From a bacterium (GTDB taxonomy: Bacteria; UBA8248): DNA of 64,000 nucleotides. The stretch is from the NCBI GenBank assembly GCA_965204535.1, contig OZ241996.1:288001-352000 (forward strand), in the 5' to 3' direction. The notes below the pieces were generated by a model. It was given only the letters and a program-made list of their open reading frames with translations. It had not been told where the DNA came from and did not search any database. The translations under genes and the position numbers were made by a program. This document shows, one piece after another, positions 1 through 9,553 of this stretch. Within the stretch, counting starts at the first letter, position 1. The number at the start of each line of letters is the position of its first letter.

Positions 1-17
1 CTAGGTGCAACAAGGTG

Positions 18-184
18 GTAGGGACAGGTCGCGACCTGTCCCTACGGGGCGAACGGAGCCTGGATCGTAGGGACAACCCCCTGTGGTTGTCCTTCTTTGT
101 GATGCTTACGACACGGACAGGCACGGGGGCCTGTCCCTACGCCATTCATCCTCGATGCGGGCGGACACATGGGTCCGCCCCTAA
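18..184. repeat. Cluster of four GTAG-type REP-like palindromes (18-45, 67-92, 115-140, 159-184)
   Basis: 18-45 is the perfect palindrome GTAGGGACAGGTCGCGACCTGTCCCTAC, identical to 60868-60895; the others are GTAG/CTAC-type hairpins with variable loops. Confidence 0.85.
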
Positions 185-207
185 GAAACCGTTGCCCTGC
201 GAACTCT

Positions 208-684
208 CTACTCGTCCACCTCCTCGAACTCTGCCGTATACTCCACCTGAATCCCCCGCTGAACGCTCTGGCTCGCCGGGCAGCCCTTCTCGTGCACGGC
301 GAGGGCGCGCTCTGCGTCTTCTCGCTTTCCCCTGGGGATTCGGCACTTGTAATTGACCTTGATCTTCGTGACCAGGGCCATGCCGTCCACGTTCTCGATG
401 ATGCCTTCCACTTCCGCCACGAGGTTGTCGGGGCTGCTCTTTATCCCGCGCGCATCCAGCGCGCCTCCCATGTTGCCCGTCAGTCAGCCGGCGACGGCGG
501 CCGCCAGGTGATCCAGCGTGGCCGGACGCTCTTCCTCGGGTTCCGCCTTGTAGAAGTTCTTGATGCCCCCGTGGATGCCGTAGGGAATCGGCTCGTCCGG
601 GAAGGCGTCGAGATAGCCCGTTTTCATTCCCCTGCCGGGCTCCTTGACGATGCGGGCCTTGGTGACGTGAATGACTTCGCCCAT
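208..684 (-). CDS. OsmC/Ohr-like redox protein, probable selenoprotein (in-frame TGA at 484-486)
   Basis: ORFs 484-684 and 208-471 are in one frame: ...LDHLAAAVAG-TGA-LTGNMGGALDARG...KGCPASQS; AAGGAG RBS before ATG 684; TGA sits at the position of the first OsmC catalytic Cys. Confidence 0.8.
448..464 (-). promoter_or_regulatory. Candidate bacterial SECIS hairpin
   Basis: On the minus strand GCGCGC-UGGAU-GCGCGC begins 19 nt after the UGA and has a G in the second loop position. Confidence 0.6.
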
Positions 685-783
685 GTCGGTCTCCTTGTTG
701 AAATGGGGTTTCGAAAAATTTCCTGAATGATTAGAAGCTCAAGGGTAGCACCCTCATGAGGCGAGGGGAACTCTCCCCCGGCT

Positions 784-1692
784 TTACGTGATGACGACGA
801 TGGTGCCCGCCACGGTCAGGAGCGCGCCGAGGACGAGCCGGGGCGTGATGTTTTCCATCTCGCGCAGGAAAAGCCAGCCCAGCACCAGGACGATGAGCGG
901 CTGGGCGGAGATGATGGCCGTCACGCGCACGGCCAGCGTGTGGACGAACGCGAAGTTATAGAACGGAACGGCGATCGTCTGGCAGACGGCTGCGGCGAAA
1001 ATCCACCTCCAGGCCGAGGCGGGGATGGGGCCGCGCGATTCCTCGCCCCTGTCGAGCGCCATCAGCAGCGACGCCGTGGCGGCCCCTACCCAGAGCGCTA
1101 TCGCGGCGGTGGCGAGCGGGTGTAGGTTCAGGGACGCTTTTTTGAAGAAAACCGCGGCCACGCCCCAGAGCAGCGAGGTGACCCCGGCGGAAATCCAGCC
1201 GAACAGCTTCCACCGCGCGCCGTGGGCTTCGGCTTCCGCCTCCCGGGATGGTTCGGCCTGAACGATGAGGGTGATGCCGATGAGGAGGATCGCGAGGCCG
1301 GTGAAGATGGAGATCGTCGGCGTCTCCCCGAGCATGAACGAAGCCCCCACGGCCGTTATGGCGGGGTACGTCAACGCGATGGGGATGGAGCGGTTCGGCC
1401 CGATGCGGTGGATGGCGCGGTAATAGAAGGTGCGCGATATGCCGATGTGGAAAAAACCCGCGAGGAAGGCGAACACAAGAGTGGCTGTCGTGACGCCCTG
1501 AAAATCGTCTTTCGAGATGAGGCCGATGGCGATGAGCGTCACGAGAGCCGCGTTCACGCTCGTCATGACGGCGGTGACCTTGAGGACGGGCGCGTTCATG
1601 AGCGCGCGCTTGATGAAATAGACGAACACCGCCCATGCGGCCGAGGCTACCGAGGCCAGAAGCACGCCGTAGGCGTTCGATTCGGGGTTCAT
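784..1692 (-). CDS. DMT/EamA family transporter
   Basis: About 10 hydrophobic segments in two repeated halves; FYYRAIHRIGPNRS and LFLREMENIT EamA-like motifs. Confidence 0.85.
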   Translation of the reverse strand: MNPESNAYGVLLASVASAAWAVFVYFIKRALMNAPVLKVTAVMTSVNAALVTLIAIGLISKDDFQGVTTATLVFAFLAGFFHIGISRTFYYRAIHRIGPNRSIPIALTYPAITAVGASFMLGETPTISIFTGLAILLIGITLIVQAEPSREAEAEAHGARWKLFGWISAGVTSLLWGVAAVFFKKASLNLHPLATAAIALWVGAATASLLMALDRGEESRGPIPASAWRWIFAAAVCQTIAVPFYNFAFVHTLAVRVTAIISAQPLIVLVLGWLFLREMENITPRLVLGALLTVAGTIVVIT

Positions 1693-1754
1693 CTCGGCTT
1701 ACCGCGCGGGCGGATGCGCCGCGCGTCGAGACCTTCGGAACGTGGCCAAAGGGG

Positions 1755-2378
1755 TTATTTGTCGGTATTGATGCAGAGCACCGCGCGCCAGTAGTCAAAG
1801 ATGTTCACGCGCTCCTGGCGTTCGAGAGTCAGGTTGTTCGCCTCGAGCAGGGGTTCGAGGTCCAGAGTGGTCTCCCATCCGAATTTCTTGCAGACCCCGT
1901 TGATGAGTTCTTCGAACTTGGCCAGCAGAAGTTTCTGGCTCTTGAAATGGTTGATGAAGACGATGCGCCCGCCCGGCTTGCACACGCGGCAGATCTCCGA
2001 GACGACCTTGTGCGGGTCGGGGGCGGCGCTCACCACATAGCAGGCGGTGACGCAGTCGAAGGTGTTGTCCGCATACGCCATGTTCTGCGCGTCCATCACG
2101 GAGAGTTCGACGTTTTGAAGGCGCATCTTCTCGACCTTCTCCTTCGCCTTCTCGAGCATTTTCGAAGAGAGGTCGATGGCGATGATCTCCGACGTCGACG
2201 GGTAGAGCGGCAGGGAGAGACCCGTGCCCACGCCCACTTCGAGCAGTTTCTCGCCCGGCTGGAGGTCGAGCAGGTCGACGCCGACGTTCCTGCCTTCACT
2301 GAACACGTGCTTGAAGACCAGGTCGTAGAATTTCCCCCAGCGATCGTATATCTTGATGACAGCGTCCGGCGATTCCAC
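1755..2378 (-). CDS. Class I SAM-dependent methyltransferase, PmtA (phosphatidylethanolamine N-methyltransferase)-like
   Basis: LLEVGVGTG motif I; YDRWGKFYDLVF and NHF motifs; GTG start with GAGGGG RBS inferred. Confidence 0.75.
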   Translation of the reverse strand: MESPDAVIKIYDRWGKFYDLVFKHVFSEGRNVGVDLLDLQPGEKLLEVGVGTGLSLPLYPSTSEIIAIDLSSKMLEKAKEKVEKMRLQNVELSVMDAQNMAYADNTFDCVTACYVVSAAPDPHKVVSEICRVCKPGGRIVFINHFKSQKLLLAKFEELINGVCKKFGWETTLDLEPLLEANNLTLERQERVNIFDYWRAVLCINTDK

Positions 2379-2591
2379 TTTGCACCCCTCTATAAAGCTC
2401 CCGCGCTCGCAACTGCACGCGAATCCGGTGGGCGACGGGCATACCAACCGCGAATGTATCCGGCATACTTCCCGGATTGAACCAATTCTCTTCCTTCCAT
2501 CCTTCCAACTTCGGAAGATATGCCATATTGTAAGAAAAAATAAAAATTTTTTCCAGACCAATCGGCAATGGTGATTACGGGGGAACAGGAC

Positions 2592-3377
2592 ATGGCGTGG
2601 GAGACAATCGGTTTCGAGCAAGAGGGGGGCTTGGCCCTCGTGCGGCTCAATCGCCCCGAGGCGCTGAACGCGCTCGACCGGCAGATGGCGAAAGACTTAT
2701 ACGAGGTGTGCGAGCGATGCAGCGAGCCCGACATCCGCGCGATGGTTCTGAGCGGGGCGGGGCGCGCCTTCTGCGCGGGCGGGGACCTGAAGGAGATCGA
2801 GGCGCGCATCCGGGCGGGCGAGCGGATGGAGGAGTTCCTCTGGCCGGATTATCAAAAAGCGCTGGCGAAACTCCATGAGGCCCGCTGTCCGACGATAGCC
2901 GCCGTTCACGGTTTCGCCGTAGGCGCGGGATGTGATATCGCTTTGGCCTGCGACATCCGCCTGGCGGGCGCGGGCGCGTCGTTCGGGCAGGTGTACTCCA
3001 GGGTCGGACTCGTCCCCGATTGCGGGGGCACGTTTTTCCTGCCCCGCGTCGTGGGCAGCGCGAAGGCCCTGGAGTTGATTTTGACGGGCGACGTCATCGA
3101 CGCGGAGGCGGCGCTCGCCATCGGCCTCGTCCGCTCGGTTCATCATGACGACGCGCTCATGGAGGAGGCGACAGCACTTGGGCGAAGGCTCGCCGAGGGG
3201 CCTTCGATTGCGCTTCGCGCGGCGAAGAAGCTGATTCGCGCCTCAGGCGGCCTGGATGTGGCGACGGCGCTGCGCGCAGAGGCGAGCGCGCAGGCCGAGA
3301 CGGTCGCCAGCCGGGATTTTCAGGAAGGAATCGCCGCCTTTCTGGAGAAGCGAGAACCCAGGTTCCAGGGCAAGTGA
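2592..3377 (+). CDS. Enoyl-CoA hydratase/isomerase (crotonase) family protein
   Basis: LNRPEALNAL, AFCAGGDL, VHGFAVGAG, GLVPDCGG and C-terminal EGIAAFLEKREP motifs. Confidence 0.9.
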   Translation: MAWETIGFEQEGGLALVRLNRPEALNALDRQMAKDLYEVCERCSEPDIRAMVLSGAGRAFCAGGDLKEIEARIRAGERMEEFLWPDYQKALAKLHEARCPTIAAVHGFAVGAGCDIALACDIRLAGAGASFGQVYSRVGLVPDCGGTFFLPRVVGSAKALELILTGDVIDAEAALAIGLVRSVHHDDALMEEATALGRRLAEGPSIALRAAKKLIRASGGLDVATALRAEASAQAETVASRDFQEGIAAFLEKREPRFQGK

Positions 3378-3436
3378 ACGAACTCCGGCGATTCGGAACC
3401 GGCGCCGTATAGCCATATAAAGGACGCTTCTCGAGG

Positions 3437-4399
3437 ATGGAAGCATATTTCGCAAGTTTTCCCATCTGGGCGAATCTCATCTTCTTCGCCGCGGGCCTGC
3501 TCATCGTCACGAAAGGCGCCGACTGGTTTACCGACGGCGCGGTGGGAGTCGCCGAAATCACGGGAATTCCCAAGGTAATCATCGGCGCCACCCTGGTGAG
3601 TCTGGCTACGACGGCGCCCGAGTTCAGCGTCTCCGTCATCGCGGCCTGGCTGGACCATCCCGCCACGTCCGTGGGAAACGCGGTCGGCTCCACGGTCTGC
3701 AACATCGGACTCATCCTGGCGGTGGCGTTCCTGCTCGAGCCCGTGTCTCTCGCCCGGGCGGACGTTTTGCCGAAAGGCCTCTTCATGCTGATGATGGGCG
3801 TGTTGCTCCTCACCCTGGGCTGGGACGGAGAAATCGCCCGCGTCGAGGGCGTGGTCTTGTTCGTTTTCGTGCCCGTTTATCTGTGGTTCACCATGAAGCG
3901 GGCCACGTGGACGGATTTCGATATCGGGAGCGCCGTGACGGACCGGGAACAGCAGCATATCGGGCTGCGTTTCATCGCCGGCTCGCTGGCGGTCGTTTTC
4001 GGCAGCGTTCTGCTCGTTCAGAACGCGGTGCATCTCGCCCGCGCCATGGGCGTTCCCGAACTCATCGTCGGCCTTACGCTCGTGGCCGTCGGCACCTCGC
4101 TGCCCGAACTGATCACGGCCGTCTCCGCATCCTTGAGCGGTCATGGGGACATGGCCGTCGGCAACGTGCTGGGGGCGAACGTCCTGAACATCGCATGGGT
4201 GCTGGGCGGGGCGTCTCTCATCGCGCCTTTGGGGATAGAGCATCAATCGTTCGTTCTGGATTTCCCGTTCATGCTCTTGTTGATGCTGATGTTCTTGCTT
4301 CTCGCCTTGTGGAAGCGCGGCATGGGGCGCAGGGCAGGGATCATGTTCCTGACCGGATATGTATGCTACCTGGCGCTCATTTTCGCTTATTTCGTTTGA
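3437..4399 (+). CDS. Ca2+/Na+ antiporter (YrbG/CaCA family)
   Basis: Two alpha repeats: ATTAPE...GNAVGS and GTSLPE...GNVLGAN. Confidence 0.9.
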   Translation: MEAYFASFPIWANLIFFAAGLLIVTKGADWFTDGAVGVAEITGIPKVIIGATLVSLATTAPEFSVSVIAAWLDHPATSVGNAVGSTVCNIGLILAVAFLLEPVSLARADVLPKGLFMLMMGVLLLTLGWDGEIARVEGVVLFVFVPVYLWFTMKRATWTDFDIGSAVTDREQQHIGLRFIAGSLAVVFGSVLLVQNAVHLARAMGVPELIVGLTLVAVGTSLPELITAVSASLSGHGDMAVGNVLGANVLNIAWVLGGASLIAPLGIEHQSFVLDFPFMLLLMLMFLLLALWKRGMGRRAGIMFLTGYVCYLALIFAYFV

Positions 4400-4504
4400 A
4401 GACCTTCATACGAAAATTTTAATTTTCGCTCGGCGCCTTTTGCCGGTATATTAAGGGTCGATGGTTCCGGATAGTTCCAGAGGTTCGCAGGGAAAGGGAA
4501 TGAG

Positions 4505-5359
4505 ATGGACATGAAAAAGATATTCGCGTTGATCGCAGCGATTGCATTGTCATGCGGCCTGGGCGCCGAAGGGGCGAGCAGGAAAGGCGGCCCCGCCATG
4601 AAGGAATTGGGCCGAGTCGTCATCGAGGTGAACGAGAAGAAAATCACCCTGGGGGAAATTGAAGCGAGACTCAGACAATTGGCGCCCGCCGTGCGCATCC
4701 GCATCCGCAAGAACAAGGAACGGTTTCTCGAAGGTATCGTACAGGGGGAACTTCTCTACCAGGAAGCGATTCGCCAAAAAATCGACGAATCTCCCGAGAT
4801 CAGCAAAAGGATAGCGCGGTTGAAGCGAAGGCTCGTCATCGAGGAATTCCTGAGGCGTGACGCCGAGACGGCGAGCGCGTCCGAGCAGCAGTTGCGCGAT
4901 TTCTTCCTCGCCAACAAGGAGCGGTTCCGCCGCAGGGAAGCGGTCACCCTCGCCCACATCGTGCTCAAAACCGAACAGGAGGCCTGGGACGCCGTCGCCG
5001 AACTCAGAAAAGGGACGCCTTTCGCGCAGGTGGCGAGGCAGCGCTCGATATTCGAGGGTACGCGCGATGCGGGCGGGATGATGGGAACCGCCGAGCGGGG
5101 CGCATTGGACAAGGCGATTGAGGATGTGGCGTTCAAACTGCCCATCGGCCAGCCGAGCGACCCGATTCGAACGTCCGCCGGCTGGCAGGTGATACGTGTG
5201 CTCGAGCGCGTGGGGGCTGCGGATGCGAAGTATGAAGACGTGAAAGACGACGTAAAGCTCGTTTATTCGGAGATCAAGCGAAACGAGAGGTACGAGGCGC
5301 TGCTCAGGCGCTTGCGCGAGGGAGCGAAAGTCAAGGTTCACGCAGATCGGTTCCAATAG
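4505..5359 (+). CDS. Exported parvulin-type peptidyl-prolyl isomerase (PrsA/SurA-like)
   Basis: N-terminal signal peptide; HIVLK...FAQVARQRS...GG.MG...SDPIRTSAGW rotamase motifs. Confidence 0.85.
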   Translation: MDMKKIFALIAAIALSCGLGAEGASRKGGPAMKELGRVVIEVNEKKITLGEIEARLRQLAPAVRIRIRKNKERFLEGIVQGELLYQEAIRQKIDESPEISKRIARLKRRLVIEEFLRRDAETASASEQQLRDFFLANKERFRRREAVTLAHIVLKTEQEAWDAVAELRKGTPFAQVARQRSIFEGTRDAGGMMGTAERGALDKAIEDVAFKLPIGQPSDPIRTSAGWQVIRVLERVGAADAKYEDVKDDVKLVYSEIKRNERYEALLRRLREGAKVKVHADRFQ

Positions 5360-5384
5360 TCCGTCGCACGACCGTCATCGCGTT

Positions 5385-5448
5385 TTATTCACATTTTTTC
5401 CACAGCTTCTCCCCCGGATACCCCCGGATATTCCACGGCCTATCCACA
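5385..5448 (+). promoter_or_regulatory. Co-oriented DnaA boxes
   Basis: TTATTCACA 5385-5393 and TTTTCCACA 5396-5404 fit TTWTNCACA; CTATCCACA 5440-5448 has one mismatch. Confidence 0.55.
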
Positions 5449-5501
5449 AGAAATTGTGGTTTTGGGCAAAATAATCGTTGACGTGCCACTATATCTTGTG
5501 G
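5444..5501. promoter_or_regulatory. Tandem NrdR-box-like palindromes upstream of dcd
   Basis: CCACAAGAAATTGTGG 5444-5459 and CCACTATATCTTGTGG 5486-5501, 42 bp apart; a TTGACG -35-like hexamer at 5478-5483 lies between them. Confidence 0.7.
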
Positions 5502-5766
5502 TTATATGATTTTCCTCGAAACATGATGACTACAGCGAATCCCAAGCGTGTCTCTCGGGCTTCGGACCGGAGAAGCGCTTGTCAGGTCTCCCCCGTTTCG
5601 GGCGGACAGGGGAGGTCGTCTGGGGGTGGGGGGAGTTGGTCTCCTCTCGCCCCCAGATATTATGTGCTCGGGAATTTCACCTCCCGGGATTTCGCGCATC
5701 GGTCGTTTTCGGTTTCAGGTGGGATCCGGGTTTTCACGAAGCGCCCCGGGAGACGAGGTTCACGCG

Positions 5767-6321
5767 ATGTCGATCAAGTCGGACAGGTGGATATCGAAGA
5801 TGGCGCGCGAGCACGGGATGATCGAACCCTTCGAGGACAAGCAGGTGCGCGAGGGCGCCATCTCCTACGGTGTCTCCTCCTACGGCTACGACATCCGCAT
5901 CGCCGATGAGTTCATGATTTTCACGAACGTGAACTCCACCATCGTGGATCCGAAGAATTTCGACGAGCGCTCGCTGGTCCACGTCAAGGACGACACCTGC
6001 ATCATCCCGCCCAATTCCTTCGCCCTCGCCAAGACGGTGGAGTATTTCCGCATCCCCAGGAGCGTGCTCACCGTCTGCGTCGGCAAGAGCACTTACGCGC
6101 GCTGCGGCATCATCGTCAACGTCACGCCCTTCGAACCCGAGTGGGAGGGCTTCGTCACCCTCGAAGTGTCGAACACCACGCCCCTGCCCGCCAAGATATA
6201 CGCGAACGAGGGAATCGCGCAGGTGCTGTTCTTCGAGAGCGACGAGGAGTGCGAGACCTCCTACGCCGACAAGAAGGGCAAATACCAGAAACAAAAGGGC
6301 CTCACCCTGGCGAAGCTGTAG
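5767..6321 (+). CDS. dcd: dCTP deaminase
   Basis: [27 protein letters not shown] and TPFEPEWEG motifs. Confidence 0.95.
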   Translation: MSIKSDRWISKMAREHGMIEPFEDKQVREGAISYGVSSYGYDIRIADEFMIFTNVNSTIVDPKNFDERSLVHVKDDTCIIPPNSFALAKTVEYFRIPRSVLTVCVGKSTYARCGIIVNVTPFEPEWEGFVTLEVSNTTPLPAKIYANEGIAQVLFFESDEECETSYADKKGKYQKQKGLTLAKL

Positions 6322-6483
6322 GCCATGTTGTTTTTGTAGCGCGACCTGTACCTGCCTCCTCCCCAAACCCCTTGTTTTTCTTTTCCCTTTAATGTTTCGC
6401 GCTCCTGTTGTATGATGATCCCATACATTCCGCCCGTGAAGCGAAATCTCCCGCTTCTCCGGTTTGCTCGGGAGGCGTCGTCC

Positions 6484-6969
6484 GTGTCCCAGGAACTCTC
6501 TCATATCGACGAGCAGGGCCGCGCCCGCATGGTGGACGTGGGGGATAAGGAAGTCACCCGCCGCGAGGCCGTGGCGCGCGGCCGCCTCGAGATGGCGCCC
6601 GAAACCCTGCGACTGATTCTCGAAGGCGGTCTGCCCAAGGGCGACGTGCTGGGCACGGCGCGAATCGCCGGCGTCATGGCGGCGAAGCAGTGCGCGAACC
6701 TCATCCCGATGTGTCATCCGCTGCGTTTAACGAGCGTGGAAATAGACTTCTCGGCCGATGAGCCGCCCGGCGAATTGAGCATCGAGGCTGCCGTGCGCGC
6801 GCAGGACAGAACGGGTGTGGAGATGGAGGCCCTGACCGCCGTGAGCGTGGCGGGCCTTACCGTCTACGACATGTGCAAGGCGGTGGATAAGGGCATGGTG
6901 CTCTCGGATGTTCGGCTGGTGAGAAAAACGGGAGGAAAGAGCGGGGATTTCATGCTGGATGAAGAATAG
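6484..6969 (+). CDS. moaC: Cyclic pyranopterin monophosphate synthase
   Basis: [29 protein letters not shown] and KTGGKSG motifs; GTG start inferred. Confidence 0.95.
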   Translation: MSQELSHIDEQGRARMVDVGDKEVTRREAVARGRLEMAPETLRLILEGGLPKGDVLGTARIAGVMAAKQCANLIPMCHPLRLTSVEIDFSADEPPGELSIEAAVRAQDRTGVEMEALTAVSVAGLTVYDMCKAVDKGMVLSDVRLVRKTGGKSGDFMLDEE

Positions 6970-7169
6970 CCATTTTTCGCTTCTTATTTTGGGGAGACGA
7001 TACGCCTGCCCCGCTTCGCCCTCCACTCGACCTGCCGGAATCAGACCGGAAGCCCGGCGCTTCATCATCGAAGGCGGAATTGATTCCGCCCGAAATCATT
7101 ACGTAACAAGGTTGTTATAGTATGCCACGGCAATATTTATCGTAATAAGATATTCCGGGGGAAATATAC

Positions 7170-8249
7170 ATGAATGAATCCACGAAGAAGATCTCGGTAG
7201 AGACGATACCGAAGGAGAAAAAGGCGGGCCCAAACCGCCTGGGCTTGATTCTGGGCGTTTTCTTCATCGTCCTGTGCGGCGTCCTGGGCGCTGCGCTCGC
7301 AGAAGCCCTGGGCGTGGCGGGCCGCGCGGCCGGCCTGGCCGGAGGCGCTTTGACGGGCGTTTTGCTGCTGGCGCTCGCGAGGGAACTCGGAAAGCTCAAG
7401 GTCGGCGTTCTGGCCGGCGGGGCCGCGGGCCTGCTCTTCGGCCTTCTGGCCGCCCTGCTGCTGTGCGCTCTTATCGGGGAGGCGTTTCCGCAAAACGTCC
7501 GTCCCCTGGCCGGCGCATTCATCGGCCTGCTTTTCAGTTGTATGGGCGTATTTCTCGGCTCGGTGGCGGGAAGCTTGTATTCACCGTCTCTTCCCGCCCA
7601 GGGAAAAGATGCGGGCGCCAAAAAACACCATCACGCCAAGATTCTCGACACCAGCGTGATCATCGACGGGCGCATCGCCGACATCTGCGAGGCGGGCTTC
7701 GTCGAAGGCCCCATGGTGGTGCCCCAGTTCGTGCTCAAGGAATTGCAGCAGATCGCCGATTCCTCTGATTCCCTGAAACGAAACCGCGGCCGACGCGGTC
7801 TCGACGTCCTCCAGCGGATTCAGCAGAACCAGGACCTCGACATCGACATTGTCGAAACGGACTTCCCCCGCGTGAAGGAGGTGGACACCAAGCTCGTGCT
7901 CCTGGGCAAGGAGATATGCGGCAAGGTGATGACCAACGATTTCAACCTGAACAAGGTGGCCGAACTCCAGGGGGTGCGCGTTCTCAACATCAACGAGCTG
8001 GCCAACGCGGTGAAGCCGGTCGTCCTGCCCGGCGAGGACATGAGCGTGTTTGTCATCAAGGAGGGCAAGGAGCACAACCAGGGCGTCGGCTATCTGGATG
8101 ACGGGACGATGGTGGTGGTGGATAACGCCAAGAACCGAATCGGCGACCAGATCGCCGTCTCCGTGACGAGCGTCCTGCAGACCACCGCCGGGCGGATGAT
8201 TTTTACGAAAATACGAGATGAAGCCGAACTATCGCAAACCGGCGCCTGA
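7170..8249 (+). CDS. Membrane PIN/TRAM domain protein (YacL-like)
   Basis: N-terminal TM helices, [16 protein letters not shown] domain, C-terminal TRAM domain ([23 protein letters not shown]); precedes ispD. Confidence 0.92.
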   Translation: MNESTKKISVETIPKEKKAGPNRLGLILGVFFIVLCGVLGAALAEALGVAGRAAGLAGGALTGVLLLALARELGKLKVGVLAGGAAGLLFGLLAALLLCALIGEAFPQNVRPLAGAFIGLLFSCMGVFLGSVAGSLYSPSLPAQGKDAGAKKHHHAKILDTSVIIDGRIADICEAGFVEGPMVVPQFVLKELQQIADSSDSLKRNRGRRGLDVLQRIQQNQDLDIDIVETDFPRVKEVDTKLVLLGKEICGKVMTNDFNLNKVAELQGVRVLNINELANAVKPVVLPGEDMSVFVIKEGKEHNQGVGYLDDGTMVVVDNAKNRIGDQIAVSVTSVLQTTAGRMIFTKIRDEAELSQTGA

Positions 8250-8982
8250 GCGCGCGCTCTCTTCTTCTGCTTTGCCGGATCCCGACGAGACGGCGGCCAT
8301 CGTTCCCGCTGCAGGCAAGGGCTTGCGCCTGCCCGGCGCGGTCGCCAAGCAGTTCCAAATCCTCGCCGGAAAACCCCTGTTCCATCATGCTCTATTGCGA
8401 ATCGCGCGGGCGGGCCTCGTGGGGCGAGTCGTCGTGGCGGTTCCCCCCGGCGCGGACCCGCCCGAGCTTCCTGAGGGAATTGGCGTAGAGGTTCAGGTCG
8501 TCGAAGGCGGGCAGCGCCGCCAGGATTCGGTGCGAAACGGGCTCGACCTCCTGGGAGATGATGTTTCCTGGGTCGTCGTGCACGACGGGGCGCGTCCTCT
8601 GGTGACGCCCGATCTGATAGAGAGGTGCCTCATCGGCGCGGCGGAGACCGGCGCCGCCATCGCGGCCCTGCCCGTGGTGGATACGGTGAAGACGGGCGAC
8701 GCCGAGGGATTCATCGAATCGACGCGCCCGCGCGAGGGCCTCTGGCTCGCCCAGACGCCCCAGGCGGCGCGGCGCGAACTGCTCGTCCGCGCGATGGAGT
8801 GGGCGGACGCGAATGATTTCGAGGGAACCGACGAGGCGGCCCTGCTCGAGGCCGTCGGCGTTCGGGTGAAACTGGTCGAGGGCAGCGCGCAGAACATCAA
8901 GGTGACGACGCCCGGCGACGTCGAGCGCGCGGTGCGGCTGATGGAACTCGAAAAACATGCCGAAGCGGAGGCTTCCACATGA
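8218..8982 (+). CDS. ispD: 2-C-methyl-D-erythritol 4-phosphate cytidylyltransferase
   Basis: [23 protein letters not shown] and NIKVTT motifs; start uncertain. Confidence 0.93.
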   Translation: MKPNYRKPAPERALSSSALPDPDETAAIVPAAGKGLRLPGAVAKQFQILAGKPLFHHALLRIARAGLVGRVVVAVPPGADPPELPEGIGVEVQVVEGGQRRQDSVRNGLDLLGDDVSWVVVHDGARPLVTPDLIERCLIGAAETGAAIAALPVVDTVKTGDAEGFIESTRPREGLWLAQTPQAARRELLVRAMEWADANDFEGTDEAALLEAVGVRVKLVEGSAQNIKVTTPGDVERAVRLMELEKHAEAEAST

Positions 8983-9461
8983 TACGCGTCGGGGTAGGCT
9001 ACGACGTCCACCGCTTCGAGGCGGGTCGCAAGCTCATTCTCGGGGGCGTGGAGATTCCCTTTGAGCGGGGTCTCGCCGGGCACTCCGACGCCGATGCGCT
9101 CATCCACGCGATCATCGACGCATTGTTGGGCGCGGCGGCCCTGGGCGACATCGGCAGTCATTTTCCCGATACGGACGAGACGTATCGCGGCGCGGACAGC
9201 CGGGAACTCCTCGCGCGCGCCGTGGCGCTTCTCGCCGAGCGCGGCATGAGGCCGGGGAACGTGGATTCCGTGGTCGTGGCGGAAAGGCCGAAACTCGCTC
9301 CTCATATCCCCGAGATGCGAGAGGTCATCTCTTCCGTTCTGGGAATTCCGCCCGATCGGGTGGGTATCAAGGCGACGACGGGCGAGGGGCTCGGCTTCGC
9401 GGGCCGCGAGGAGGGCGTCGCGGCGCACGCGGTTTGCACCATAAGCGTGGAGTCTCCTTGA
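8979..9461 (+). CDS. ispF: MEcDP synthase
   Basis: GYDVH, HSDAD, GDIGSHFP and KATTGE motifs. Confidence 0.95.
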   Translation: MIRVGVGYDVHRFEAGRKLILGGVEIPFERGLAGHSDADALIHAIIDALLGAAALGDIGSHFPDTDETYRGADSRELLARAVALLAERGMRPGNVDSVVVAERPKLAPHIPEMREVISSVLGIPPDRVGIKATTGEGLGFAGREEGVAAHAVCTISVESP

Positions 9462-9553
9462 CGCCCATCGGCGGGGCATGACAAATTCTCCCCCGGATAC
9501 GACCTGAAGCGCATTTTCACGCCTGAATTTACGGGTTTTCCGGAGAGAGTCAT

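Noticed and set aside
208-684. Pseudogene or two separate small genes
   Set aside because: The single stop is TGA exactly at the catalytic Cys position, the frame is intact and a SECIS-like hairpin follows, so Sec readthrough explains it better
2510-2526. Sigma54 promoter in the divergent region (TGGCAT on the minus strand)
   Set aside because: No TTGC at the required -12 spacing
5360-5540. oriC candidate because of the DnaA boxes
   Set aside because: Only two consensus boxes plus near matches, no clear DnaA-trio run or AT-rich unwinding element, and no dnaA or dnaN nearby; a regulated promoter is more parsimonious. Whole-genome GC skew would decide
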